DNA of 13,775 nucleotides from an uncultured Nitrososphaerales archaeon. GTDB taxonomy: Archaea; Thermoproteota; Nitrososphaeria; Nitrososphaerales; Nitrososphaeraceae. Where the stretch lies: NCBI GenBank assembly GCA_963709405.1, contig CAVPXM010000088.1, positions 1 through 13,775 of the forward strand, in the 5' to 3' direction. The notes under the pieces were generated by a model. It saw only the letters and a program-made list of their open reading frames with translations. It searched no databases and was not told where the DNA came from. A program made the translations under genes and the position numbers. Below, in pieces: positions 1 through 9,724 of the stretch (position 1 is the stretch's first letter; each line of letters begins with the position of its first letter).

Positions 1-348
1 AGATAAAATATTCTCCGTATAAACTCTATATTTCGATATACGACCATGTCAACATGAAATAGAAGTTTCTCTCTTTTCAAATACTTTCATACCATGTTAT
101 AAGAATATTGACGTCTAATTGTTTAAGACCAACGCATAAATAACAAATTTTATATCTTTTGCCTGTAACATTGACATGCACGGCTAAACTAATTTGTCAT
201 AATCTTCTTTATCGTGCTGGCTTATTTATTGTAGTTACGTATAGGTGGCAATATTCAGATATCTCTTCCTCTTCTTTTCTAACTCTAGCTGTTGTTATTC
301 AAATTGTTCAAATTATTCTACATGAAGCGTCGTTAGACCATAGGAGTA

Positions 349-2606
349 GTGATTTGTGATATAAAACTTACCAGAAAGAGCCTCTTCCTTGGGTTAATTT
401 TAGCCATTGTTATTTCAGACTCGTTCATTTATTTCGCTGAAATAAAAGCAAAAGCTTTCTATTCAAGTTGGATAATAAGCATTAATGCCTCTACGGCAGC
501 AGCACTCGCCATATTTGTAGTATACAGACATATGCGGCAACGCAGCCATCATCCACAAGATCATCATCATAGCACAAAGCCATGTGGCCCTTGCAATAGG
601 ATTGTCATTATGGCTTTGTGCGGATCTTATATGGGGGCTACATATGAGATTGTGCTAGAAATAGTCCCGCCCGTTCCATCGGCGAAGATTTTGTTTGGCT
701 ATCTGCTTACGGCTTTCTAGCGTATTATCTGTATGCCACATATATTGAATTCCACAAGAAATTCAAATTTAACAGCAGAATTCTAGTCGCAAGTATAATT
801 GGTTGTGGAATATTTCTTGCGTATATAATTGCTCTTACCTCAAGTCTATCTGTTTTATCTACTCCAAGAGGAATTGCTATGTTTGCAGTCATAATAGCCT
901 ACCCAATCATGGATGCAGTATTAATGGTTCCTGCAATAGTAATTTTGTTAAACTTTAGAAAAGAGCCATTGTGGTTTACGCCTTGGATATGTGAATCCTT
1001 AGGTTTATTTTTAATGGCCATATCAGATAGTTGGTTCGCAGTCGTTGTTCTCATATCCGTAATGAGCAGTTTTGGCTATCTGCTACATTTTTTGCGTCAT
1101 TATTTGGTCATAGCTGCAGGATTATTATGGTATGTGAAATTTCTGCTTACACAGAGTCAACCAAGTGATGACCATAGAAGGTCAGAACAAATGGAGACAT
1201 CAATTATTGCCCCGAGAGGTGGCTACACTGACAAGCATAAATCAGAAGAAAAGACCCATAAGAAAATTAGCCACATAGCGCTTATGGCTATAGCCACTAT
1301 AATAGTTGTTGCTGTAGCAATTGGAGTTTACCTCTCTTTATATTCAACGTCATCATCGCTTTTCCTGTTTTCTAACCCAAGTTCTGAGATAATACTACCA
1401 GCTCCGGCTGGTGCTTTGAAGCAGCAAACAGTGAAAATAGGTGCTCTTCTTCCCTTAACGGGTGTATCTTCATCTTTGGGTGAATCAGAGGGGGCGGCAC
1501 TAAAGATTGGAACCAAAGATATCAATGAATATCTCTTCAAGACCCATTCAAATATTGGTATTGAGCTTGTTATAGAAGACACACAAACAAATCCATCAGT
1601 TAGCTTAGAAAAGCTAAAGCATTTAGCAGCAAAAAGTATAAACATAGTTATCGGCCCTGCAACAAGCGAAGATCTAAAAGCTACTCAAGACTATGCTGAT
1701 AAAAATGGAATAGTGTTAATTAGTCCATCAAGTACTGCTTCCTCTTTAGCTATAAAAGGAAACAATGTGTTCAGATTTGTGCCAGATGACACTCATCAAG
1801 CTCAAGCAATATCAAAGCTGATGATGGCTGATGGAATAAGAGTAGTAATACCGTTTTGGAGGACTGATGTTTATGGAAATGATTTAGTTAAAGCAACAAA
1901 ACATAGTTTTCAAGAGCTAGGTGGCAAAGTTGCTGATGGAGTTGGATATATACCAAATACGGGTGATTTTGCTGCTAGTCTTAATAGAATAAACTTTATA
2001 GTTTGGGATCAAGATTTGAAGGCTTTGGACTCGAAGGTAAACCAAGCTATATCTCAGTATGGTATAGACAAGGTTGGAGTATACTCTGTAGCATTTGATG
2101 AAATTGCGCCTATTTTTATCCAAGCGCAAAACCATCCTACGCTTTCAAAAGTAAAATGGTTTGGTAGTGACAAGGAATCACTAAATAACAAACTTATAAG
2201 AAATTCCGAAGCTGCAGCATTTGCAGTAAAGACGAATTTTACAACTGCAATTTTCGCAGTTGAAGATGATAACGACGAAAGGCTCAAACATGTAGAAGCT
2301 CAGATCCATGAACAGATAGAAAGAACACCTGGATCTTATGCTAGTGTTGCCTATGATACATTATGGGTAGCAGCGCTAGCCGAGAATGATACCAAAGCTA
2401 CACATGATATTAATTACTTGAAAAATACAATTGTGAAGATAGCTCAATCGTATCAAGGAATCACAGGCAATACAACTTTAAACCAGTTTGGAGATAGGAA
2501 GTATGGAGATTATGATTTTTGGGCTGTAAGAAATAGTGAGAGTACTCATGATTCCTTTATTTGGAAGCATACTGGCAAATACGTACCTAATATAAGAACT
2601 CAATAA
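349..2606 (+). CDS. Multi-pass membrane protein (~8 TM sensor-like domain + anchor TM) fused to a C-terminal type-1 periplasmic binding protein (LivJ/branched-chain amino acid-binding-like) domain; frameshifted in this sequence
   Basis: ORFs 349..720 and 879..2606 join via frame changes near 579, 635 (G5 run) and 684: ...HVALAIGLSLWLCADLIW/ATYEIVLEIVPPVPS/EDFVWLSAYGFLAYYLY...AYPIMDAVL. The 879 frame is open from 648. A compensated shift is likely near 1064-1100 (EQFWLSATFFAS). C-terminal PBP1 motifs: VKIGALLPLTG, EDTQTNP, VIGPATS, LISPSSTA, FRFVPDD..QAQA, AYDTLW, YQGITG..TLNQFGDR. Confidence 0.8.
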
Positions 2607-2906
2607 GCGTTTGTCAACCGGATTATGCTAATAAGCATGGTGGAAGACGTTGTGTCTGTTGTGTCTGTGGAGCGTAACTGATCCCGCTGCGCAAGTCCAT
2701 AAATGAATCCGGCGGTTACTTACCACGTTTCTTATCTCTATAGGTAATAGGTTGCTTTGATAAGGATAGGCATTATTATTTGTAAGTGGATTACTTCATC
2801 TTAGAAATTAGAACCGTAGAGCCAACCTTTAGACCAAACCTATGCCTTCACAATGTTGTAACCGAAAAAGATAAAGCTAAATTAATTGAAATACTATTAA
2901 CAAGAA

Positions 2907-3244
2907 ATGGCTAGTTCATCCATATGTTCTTCTGCATCAAGAGTTGCTCAGACTAATGATGAAGATTCCATAGACGCTATAGTTACAATCAATGAAAAGG
3001 TAAGCTTAACAAAACAACAACATCAAGTTTTGAAAATTATCTGTGATACATATGATATTTCCTTTTCAGAGTATATGCAACAATCATTAGTCGAAGCGAT
3101 GAGGCTGATGCCTTGTTGGAAAAGATAGGCAGTGAAGACAGTAAAAAGGATAATTCTTCTCTTTCATCTTCTTCGGCCTCTCTTAATTCTTGCCTGACAA
3201 ACAGCGATCTAGATTTGCTTAATAAATTGCACACTAAGATTTAG
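2907..3244 (+). CDS. Small hypothetical protein, possibly ribbon-helix-helix-like; frameshifted or internally deleted near 3105
   Basis: ORF 2907..3128 (TINEKVSLTKQQHQVLKIICDTYDISFSEYMQQSLVEAMR) continues in another frame as ADALLEKIGSEDSKKDNSS...DLDLLNKLHTKI to TAG at 3242-3244. The strand-helix-helix pattern is inference. Confidence 0.55.
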
Positions 3245-3254
3245 TTACATAAGA

Positions 3255-3809
3255 TTGGTGCCTGCAGGGGTTAAAGGTTATGATATACCAATAAGTCCAG
3301 AAGTTGAGAAAACTAAAGATGGCAGGATAATTCTAAATGAATTCTGTCAGATTGGTAGCTATCCAAATATATTTTCAAGGGGCGATATAGCTGCAGTTAA
3401 AGATGAGAATGGGAAATTGTATCCGCCTTTAGCTCAGATTGCAGTTAGAGAAGCACAATATCTTTCAAAGCTTATACCTAAACACGTTATTATTACTGAT
3501 TGTACTGATTTAAGCTCTTTACCACTCAATGAAAAATTTGAATATAGTATCAAAGTACAATTAATCTCCTTAGGAAATGATGATTATGTTGGATTGTTTA
3601 ACAATCATGTGATAAGCGGTAACCTTGCGAAGCTGGTGGAGGAATTTTCAATGAGTGCATATATTAAAACGCTCGAGAGTGGTGGGAGAGATATTATGAA
3701 TAGAAGTTTATACGGAGACGACATATTTTCTCAGCTAGTATCCGGAATAACCTTTGCACGTTTTACTTTTATTAAATGGTTAGAAAAGGCTTCCATAGGA
3801 ATTAATTAA
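3255..3809 (+). pseudogene. C-terminal fragment of a type II NADH dehydrogenase (NDH-2)-like FAD-dependent oxidoreductase; 5' part missing
   Basis: AGVKG..., GRIILNEFCQ...YPNIFSRGDIA, PPLAQIAVREA and LISLG match the NDH-2 C-terminal FAD-binding region. No GxGxxG motifs are present, and the upstream DNA belongs to a different gene. Confidence 0.75.
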
Positions 3810-4162
3810 CTTAACAGATGGCATCTGAATGAGTCATCTTCATATAAAATAATTAACATTTATCCATCTTGCACCTGATTTATTATCTGAATGTAATATT
3901 ATTTCAACATGAGCTTTATATTTAGCTTCATATCAGTGAGTAATATTGTATCAAAATATAAGAGTATCTATTCTTGGGAATTACTTGGATTCATTATTAG
4001 CAATATCGGATTCAATTCGACATCTGTGCTGTGCGGTATTGAGTATTATTCATAAAGATATCACAATAAAACCTTGCATGTGCATACTAATGAGAACATT
4101 ATTGGCCAAGTGTAGTAACAGCAGTAACACGATAAACAGAATAGAGAGGTACTAGTTGAAAG

Positions 4163-5105
4163 ATGAGCTATAGCCCTTCACTTCATACTAAGAAGAAAAG
4201 CAGAACCTACTTGTTAGTAACTTTAAAAGGAGTAAAGTATGGTGCATTTGCCGGTATTATTGCAACTTTACTCATATCTTTAGGTATTGGAAGCAGCTGA
4301 ACTGGCATTTGGATTACGGATAGGTACATTTTATTCAATAATTGGTATTATTTTAGGTTCGAACAATGTTATAATTGCAGGTTATATAGGATTTGGACTT
4401 CATCTACTAATTGGCACACTGTTAGGAATTGCACTTGGAGCAATCGGAATTAGATGGAGGAAAATACGCATGCTTATTCCAATCAAAAGTTCATTAGTTG
4501 GCATGGGAGCAGGCATCGTTGTATGGTTAATCTTATTCCTTCCGATAACATCCCTTTTAATACAACCTTCCATGCAGCGCATCGTTGTAATTTTAGCAAT
4601 CGCATGGCAGAAGACCATACTAGCCGACCAGCTAAGCCACTCAATAACAAACATTGCACTTATTGCAATAGTATTCCACCTTGTTTGGGGAGCAATATTT
4701 GGTTATGTGATGAGTTCACTGCTAAGAATTAGAGTTTATAAAATAAAGCAACACTATAAAGATATTATGAATATCGATCCAAAGATACGATTAGTCACGA
4801 TATGTGATACAAATGGCAATATAATATTCTATCGTCATCGTCAGGGTGTACAGAATTTACTTAGCAAAGATGAAAGCAAAAAATCTCTTGAAATGGCTAT
4901 GGTTGCCTGGAAGGTACGTAGTGAATTTTCAGACAAGATCGGAAAAGGAAAGTATGTGTTGGCTGAATATGAAAAGATTAAACGCATAACTATGCCATTT
5001 GGTGATGATCTTTTACTCTATTTAACTACAGAAGTAGAAGCTGATGATTCAAGAATATACGACAGAATCCGCAGTTTAGAGGCGGGTTTAAAATATTGGA
5101 ATTAG
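4163..5105 (+). CDS. Membrane protein (DUF1440/DUF6789-like, two intramembrane His) fused to a C-terminal DUF6659-like (roadblock/profilin-like) domain; one frameshift near 4287
   Basis: ATG 4163 gives MSYSPSLHTKKKSRTYLLVTLKGVKYGAFAGIIATLLISLGI, then a +1 shift joins ORF 4287..5105. TM motifs GFGLHLLIG, GIVVWLILFLPI and FHLVWGAIFG. Soluble domain from ~4752: IMNIDPKIRLVTICDTNG...LLSKDESKKSL...IGKGKYVLAEYEKIKRITMP. Confidence 0.75.
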
Positions 5106-5500
5106 ACATACTGATATTGCTATTTTACTCCCATCCTCCCTGGTGGCAGGTTTGTGACTACATTCGCTTGTGTGGACTGAGATTGAAATTAGGTGACTGT
5201 ATGTAACTGCTGTTTAAGAGCCGTTCTCTTTCCTGTTGCTGGATTTTTACTCAAAACCACTTTGTGCCGTGTATAGTGCTCCCAATAGATATACGGTTGC
5301 TAAACTGTAAAGCATAGCTGTAAATGGAGTATAAGAAGGGTGCGAACATGGAAAGTCCTTCTGCACATTCTATTCTGTCATTAACAAAATCCCTTGCGAA
5401 CTTTCTTAATTAATTCTTGTCTAGAAACCTGCTAGCAATACTCAACGTATTTTCACTAGGCTGAATACTACCTCTCTATTTAAAGTAAAGTCACTCATGA

Positions 5501-5514
5501 GCTTTGTAGAAACC
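5501..5514 (-). repeat. Putative right terminal inverted repeat of the IS5 remnant (GGTTTCTACAAAGC)
   Basis: Lies where transposase similarity ends. No cognate left end or target-site duplication is visible, so the call is positional. Confidence 0.45.
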
Positions 5515-6100
5515 ATCATCAATGTTATATGATCAGTCAGTCTATGTATGTTGTAGGTTATGCATCTGAATGACAATTCCCTGTTCTGTGTTCTAGTCAA
5601 TCTAGACATTAAGTGCCCTTCAAACAGTCGTTTTATGATTGACATTGTAGTTTCATCCTTGTTCGGTTGATTCTACAACAATTTGGAATAGCCATGTTTC
5701 ATTTGTTTCCTATATTTATCATGTGTTCTCAATATTGGTACATGTTCATATCGAGGTGGGATTACACTGAATGCATGCAAGCCCTCTCTTACTAAAAGGT
5801 GATTATCTTCACTATCGTAACCCTTATCAGCTGTAACTACAGATAATGGTAGAATTTCAGCTATTCTTGTTAGGATTGGCTTGAAATCTATATTATCATG
5901 TCTTGTAAGATCGTCTTATCTTAATCGAACATATGATTTGTTGGAATAGATCGACTCCAATAGATAGATAACTTCGCGTATTTTCGTCTCAACGCGGTTC
6001 GATCAGTATAAGACCGTGAAGCATGAGTCATTTGAATCCTGTCGAATCTATTTCTACAAAGATATGCCTGGTACCGCTAATTACAATGAATGACGAAAAA
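5501..6100 (-). mobile_element. IS5-family insertion sequence remnant (DDE transposase pseudogene, 5'-truncated)
   Basis: Minus strand across frameshifts: SSFIVISGTRHIFVEIDSTGFK...IKIRR..TRHDNIDFKPIL...VVTADKGYDSEDNH...VIPPRY...KYRKQMK...*NQPNKDETTMSIIKRLF...QNRELSFRCITYNIHRL. DDE residues lie in IDSTG, ADKGYD and ET. In-frame TAG at 5673-5675. The N-terminal part is absent. Confidence 0.85.
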
Positions 6101-6227
6101 TTTTCATTTGCATCATTCAAATTAGAACTCTTCCTCCGATTGCATATTGAAATCACCGATCTAGGATATTTATACCGTCTCATCCATGTGAATTATTGAT
6201 ATTCTAGTTCAGTAAGTTGTTATACAA

Positions 6228-7349
6228 TCATAATCCCTTTACTTGTATATCATGATTACCTGGGGGAATAATAAAATCTATATGCACAGTCTTTGGATTC
6301 ATTACTTTTATTGATACATCCTTATTATTTATCTTCCCATCCATTAGGACAGATATATCTTGACTTCCAGCTGTTTTAACTATCTTCAGACTCATTGGTC
6401 CGCCAGTAGGGTTATAGTGCTTTACCCCAAAAACTAAACTATCCGTTGCACTAACAAACTTAAAATTGCTAACACTAACAACTCCGTTTAAATCATATGC
6501 AATAGACCTACCATTACCTGTATCTAAGGTGTTCATGCTACCAGGATGGAGATCAATCTCAGCACAACTGTAATAAAGAATTTTTGGACCTTCTGCAGGA
6601 TCAGGGTTAGCACTAAATGCTACCTCTTCACCAGGCTTTATGACTGATATTGTGCTACTTTTAACAGAATCAATCTGCTTAGTCTTATTGTCATGAGCAG
6701 ATGCATAGACACTTACATCGTGAACATCGACTGATCCTATGTTCTTTACTGTCCCAACAAGAGATCTATCTTTACCAACTGGTGTGTTGGTATAGTTCAA
6801 CCTTAATAATTTAAAAAATGGTGTTGGTGTCTCTTTTATACTTGAGATATATGCCTTACTTGGAATAACTGAATTGTTGTGATCATCAACTACAAATTTG
6901 AAAGGGGCACCGGTTAGAGGATAAATGATTTTGCCGTAGGTCGGTTGTATCATCGTTGTGACAAGTCCGCTATTCTTATCTTTCGTCTTGAGGCCCATGT
7001 TAATTTGAACTGGTACATGTCCCATGTTGTCAACTACTCCTACAAGATTGAGTCTGCCACTAGAATCTACGAAAGATCCTTGTTTTGTTACTATAAGCGA
7101 GCTATTTTTAATGTTATCAGCATATACATTGGGTGAAATTATTGATGATGTGAGAAATAAGCAGAGAATACAAATTGTAATAGCAAGAACAGTTACTGGT
7201 GATAGTGGATTCGTTTGGTTGTCTCTTGTGGCTACTTTGTTTTTTATGTTCGAACAAGGATAGGTAGAAGATAATGAAAATGCCCCACTCCTCAGATTCC
7301 TTGAGATCGATACGAAATCTATGTCCATACTGTCCATACCTTTTTTCAT
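6228..7349 (-). CDS. Exported beta-rich protein with FxLYD-like Ig-fold repeats
   Basis: Intact 373 aa ORF with a hydrophobic signal ending ...SPNVYA. Two related modules (LVGVVDNMG; LVGTVKNIG...VSVYASAHD) and a C-terminal VLMDG...IPPGNHDIQVKG. The true start may be downstream of 7349. Confidence 0.75.
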   Translation of the reverse strand: MKKGMDSMDIDFVSISRNLRSGAFSLSSTYPCSNIKNKVATRDNQTNPLSPVTVLAITICILCLFLTSSIISPNVYADNIKNSSLIVTKQGSFVDSSGRLNLVGVVDNMGHVPVQINMGLKTKDKNSGLVTTMIQPTYGKIIYPLTGAPFKFVVDDHNNSVIPSKAYISSIKETPTPFFKLLRLNYTNTPVGKDRSLVGTVKNIGSVDVHDVSVYASAHDNKTKQIDSVKSSTISVIKPGEEVAFSANPDPAEGPKILYYSCAEIDLHPGSMNTLDTGNGRSIAYDLNGVVSVSNFKFVSATDSLVFGVKHYNPTGGPMSLKIVKTAGSQDISVLMDGKINNKDVSIKVMNPKTVHIDFIIPPGNHDIQVKGL

Positions 7350-7739
7350 TGATATTAACCATCTTCACTATTATCTGTGATTAATCATAAGGTGTTTTTA
7401 CTGTGTTACAACACAATGAAGATATATTGTGACTTTATATTATCTATATCATTTGAAGTTCAAAATAGGATAAATATCAATGCTCTTTATTAATCACGAA
7501 CCATTCTTAGTAAGCTGATTATATGGGCGTTCTTAACTCATTAACATAAATTCGTCAAATCAATCAACCCATCTACTATCTGTTTAAACGCATTTGTAGT
7601 CACACGAAATTATGTTAGGCAGTATTGTTATGGGATAAATCCTATTTAGTATATCAAGATTAAAATCTAGACTAACTTCTGTCCTATAAAACAAAAGAGC
7701 AAATTACAAAAAATTACATCTGAGATTTCATCTATCACT

Positions 7740-8504
7740 CTATTTAGATTTGCCGAAAGTACGTGTGTTAGTATAATGATTTTGTTTCTCATCTCTATAG
7801 GCATCTATAGTGGGTATCATCTTCTCACTATGCCTCCTCACATGTCTGACCATACATAAACTGCATGCAGTGACCGATACAATTACAGACAAAGCTATAA
7901 TATTACCCAATTGTGAAATGGGGTTAAATAATAGCTCATTATTTTTAGGTACAAGACCGATATTACTTCTTAGTGAATCCGATGAGTATCCTGTTATTGG
8001 ACCTTTATGGACATTGATAAGGTATGGTTCACTTTTTATTTGTACAATTCCTTTATTGGATGATGAAGATGATAATACATCTAATGTAGCAACTATTGCA
8101 TAAGGATTAGAGGCAGTTGCGGAATCGTATTTATGGTATAGAGGACCCCATTTACCTTCACTAGACGAAGGAATCCTAGTTATTTTGGACTGGCTACTAG
8201 TTCCATCACCCCAGGATACGGTTATTATTTTCTGTTCAGTATTTCTACTACTACTCGCTGCATTATAGGTAGTGATACCAGCAACTGATACATGATCTAT
8301 ATCCGCTATGGGTGAAGTATCACCTACAAAAGCTATAGTTACATGAGGGGTAGTAGTAGTAGAGTAGTACGTATTAGATTTTGCTTGGGCATATAGTGCT
8401 CCTCCGGACACTATTACTATTAACACAAATATCATCATCACAAATACAACTAAGGTAATGAGTAAAATCAAAGGGGGGAAACCCATGTTCCTATGGGTTA
8501 TCAT
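7740..8504 (-). CDS. Membrane-anchored surface protein with a PKD-like domain
   Basis: N-terminal hydrophobic helix/signal (..LYAQA), PKD-type ITVSWGDGTS...LYHKY...YAIVATL, C-terminal TM (IIALSVIVSVTACSLCMV) followed by a basic tail. Confidence 0.7.
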   Translation of the reverse strand: MITHRNMGFPPLILLITLVVFVMMIFVLIVIVSGGALYAQAKSNTYYSTTTTPHVTIAFVGDTSPIADIDHVSVAGITTYNAASSSRNTEQKIITVSWGDGTSSQSKITRIPSSSEGKWGPLYHKYDSATASNPYAIVATLDVLSSSSSNKGIVQIKSEPYLINVHKGPITGYSSDSLRSNIGLVPKNNELLFNPISQLGNIIALSVIVSVTACSLCMVRHVRRHSEKMIPTIDAYRDEKQNHYTNTRTFGKSK

Positions 8505-8820
8505 TAACTGCTGCCAACAGCACAGGTAGCCATAACTGCATTGAATTGTGCTGCTCCGCCTTTATAGTAGCCTAGTTGTTCATACTTTAATGCATTCTGT
8601 TTACATATATCACCTGAACTCGAATGGGATGAGGGTTTAGCATTCATAGTAGGAAATCCTACAACACTAATCAGCGGAATGAGAACTGCGATTGCTGCAA
8701 CTCCTATAAACATTAGTATCAACATCATCTGTTGTTCTTTCTTCTTCTTGCTACCAGATAGTAAGATTGTACTCAATCAAAATCAACTCCAAGTGAGGTT
8801 CTTGATGATTTCTGCGACAT
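8504..8820 (-). CDS. Small membrane-anchored/exported protein with a Cys pair
   Basis: ORF 8504..8776 has KKKK, a TM helix and C-x24-C. Its stop overlaps the next start (TAATG, 8502-8506). ATG at 8820 (MSQKSSRTSLGVDFD) would join with one added base, so the start is uncertain. Confidence 0.6.
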
Positions 8821-9022
8821 GGTTCTAAGATCAGATATGTATTGCTTCATGTCTTATCTTATTTGTCTGATGTACTTATATCCTCGTGTGGCTCACTTGA
8901 TACTTATAATAAGAGATTAGTATTAGCCATATCCAGATGTTACTTAATTTTAGTATTTTTAATCCTTGTGACACTATTAGGTCTTTTCTGCAGTTTCATA
9001 ATTGATCCTTCCGGCAAAGGAT

Positions 9023-9507
9023 CGGTAAATCCATAAGTAATTCTTTTTATTACATCGCCAAATTTCACTAATCTTGTTTAGACATAACATCATCAAACAC
9101 CTGTCAGAAGAATACATCAAGACTTATGAAATCTTGGATCCCAAACTTGGATCGTTCATTTTTAATCAGGTTGAGATAATCTACGCATTTCAAGTACTCC
9201 TGATCAGTCAGAGTACTACGCTCGTATAAATTGTCTGGAAGCGCATTTAGCCCTAGAAACCGAAGCGCCTTCTTTGGCTTGTCGTCTCACAAACAAAATT
9301 TATCTGGAAATATCATGTTAAACATCTCAGTTATAATTGCGCCTCCAAATCCCGCAACATCGTCTCTGAACTTGTCCTACCTATTTACAGAATCATCCGT
9401 CCACTAATGCAATAGGTCGAGTCCTTCTCTTATCTGTTCGATACCATCGGAACCAACTATTTTGTTCTCAATATACCAGTCCTTGCTCCTCGTCGAATAA
9501 AAAATAA
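9023..9507. repeat. Copy 1 of a diverged ~480 bp direct repeat
   Basis: Collinear with 10374..10841. Exact blocks: 9026-9038=10378-10390, 9078-9097=10429-10448, 9173-9205=10524-10556 (33 bp), 9487-9501=10821-10835. Confidence 0.95.
9069..9500 (-). pseudogene. Pseudogene of an HhH-glycosylase-like helical domain of the kind seen N-terminal to McrB/restriction-nuclease proteins (copy 1)
   Basis: SKDWYIENKIVGSDGIEQIREGLDLL..DDSVNR*DKFRDDVAGFGGAIITEMFNMIFPDKFCL*DDKPKKALRFLGLNALP...QEYLKCVDYLNLIKNE...DFISLDVFF*QV. TGA at 9287-9289 and 9104-9106 sit at probable Trp positions. The family is recognised from the GFG..I.E....FPDK.C.W motif only. Confidence 0.55.
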
Positions 9508-9724
9508 AAGGAAAAAAATCATGGTCGCAGATGATGAAAACGAGCCTACATTGTTTTTCAGGAGGTCTTTTAGAATACATGGATTCGAAGTTGAAATATA
9601 TAATGACCACTGAAAAGCATTGTTGAATTTTTAAATTAGATTATTACGACTTGGTTATTCTACCTAATCGAAAATAGGATAGAAGAATAAAATCTTAATT
9701 CATAAAGTAAAATATGTCGTCTTC
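9506..9724 (+). pseudogene. Response-regulator receiver (CheY-like) domain relic
   Basis: KRKKIMVADDE...HGFEVEIYND.*KALLNF..DYYDLVIL...(KVK)IC across stops and frameshifts. The expected phospho-acceptor Asp after LVIL (9663) is missing. Confidence 0.7.

Noticed and set aside
159-359. Short ORF 159..359 (also 3946..4155, 8842..9036, 10884..11132)
   Set aside because: No recognisable motifs and mostly TTG starts in AT-rich intergenic or decayed DNA; they cannot be supported as genes.
2617-2712. 9 bp tandem duplication (GTTGTGTCT x2) and a CCGGATT/AATCCGG inverted pair as a MITE or CRISPR
   Set aside because: Two adjacent units with no spacers; a 7 bp inverted repeat is within chance; no target-site duplication.
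1328-7368. Shadow ORFs 1328..1645, 1917..2135, 2054..2287, 3037..3234, 4400..4654, 4454..4732, 6945..7136, 7024..7263, 7117..7368
   Set aside because: They are antisense or out-of-frame overlaps of better-supported genes and show no motifs. The same applies to 7810..8103, 10512..10709, 10598..10810, 11232..11435 and 13306..13539.
8940-9078. RLVKFGDVIKRITYGF (RL.NVGDE.IIITYGF in copy 2) resembling a PanD C-terminus or an HsdS start
   Set aside because: Too short and ambiguous between unrelated families; flanking motifs of either are absent.
9104-9289. TGA-to-Trp recoding suggested by two TGA at probable Trp positions
   Set aside because: The same gene uses TGG in DWY, neighbouring genes use TGG for Trp, and corA ends at TGA. 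TGG>TGA transitions are simpler.
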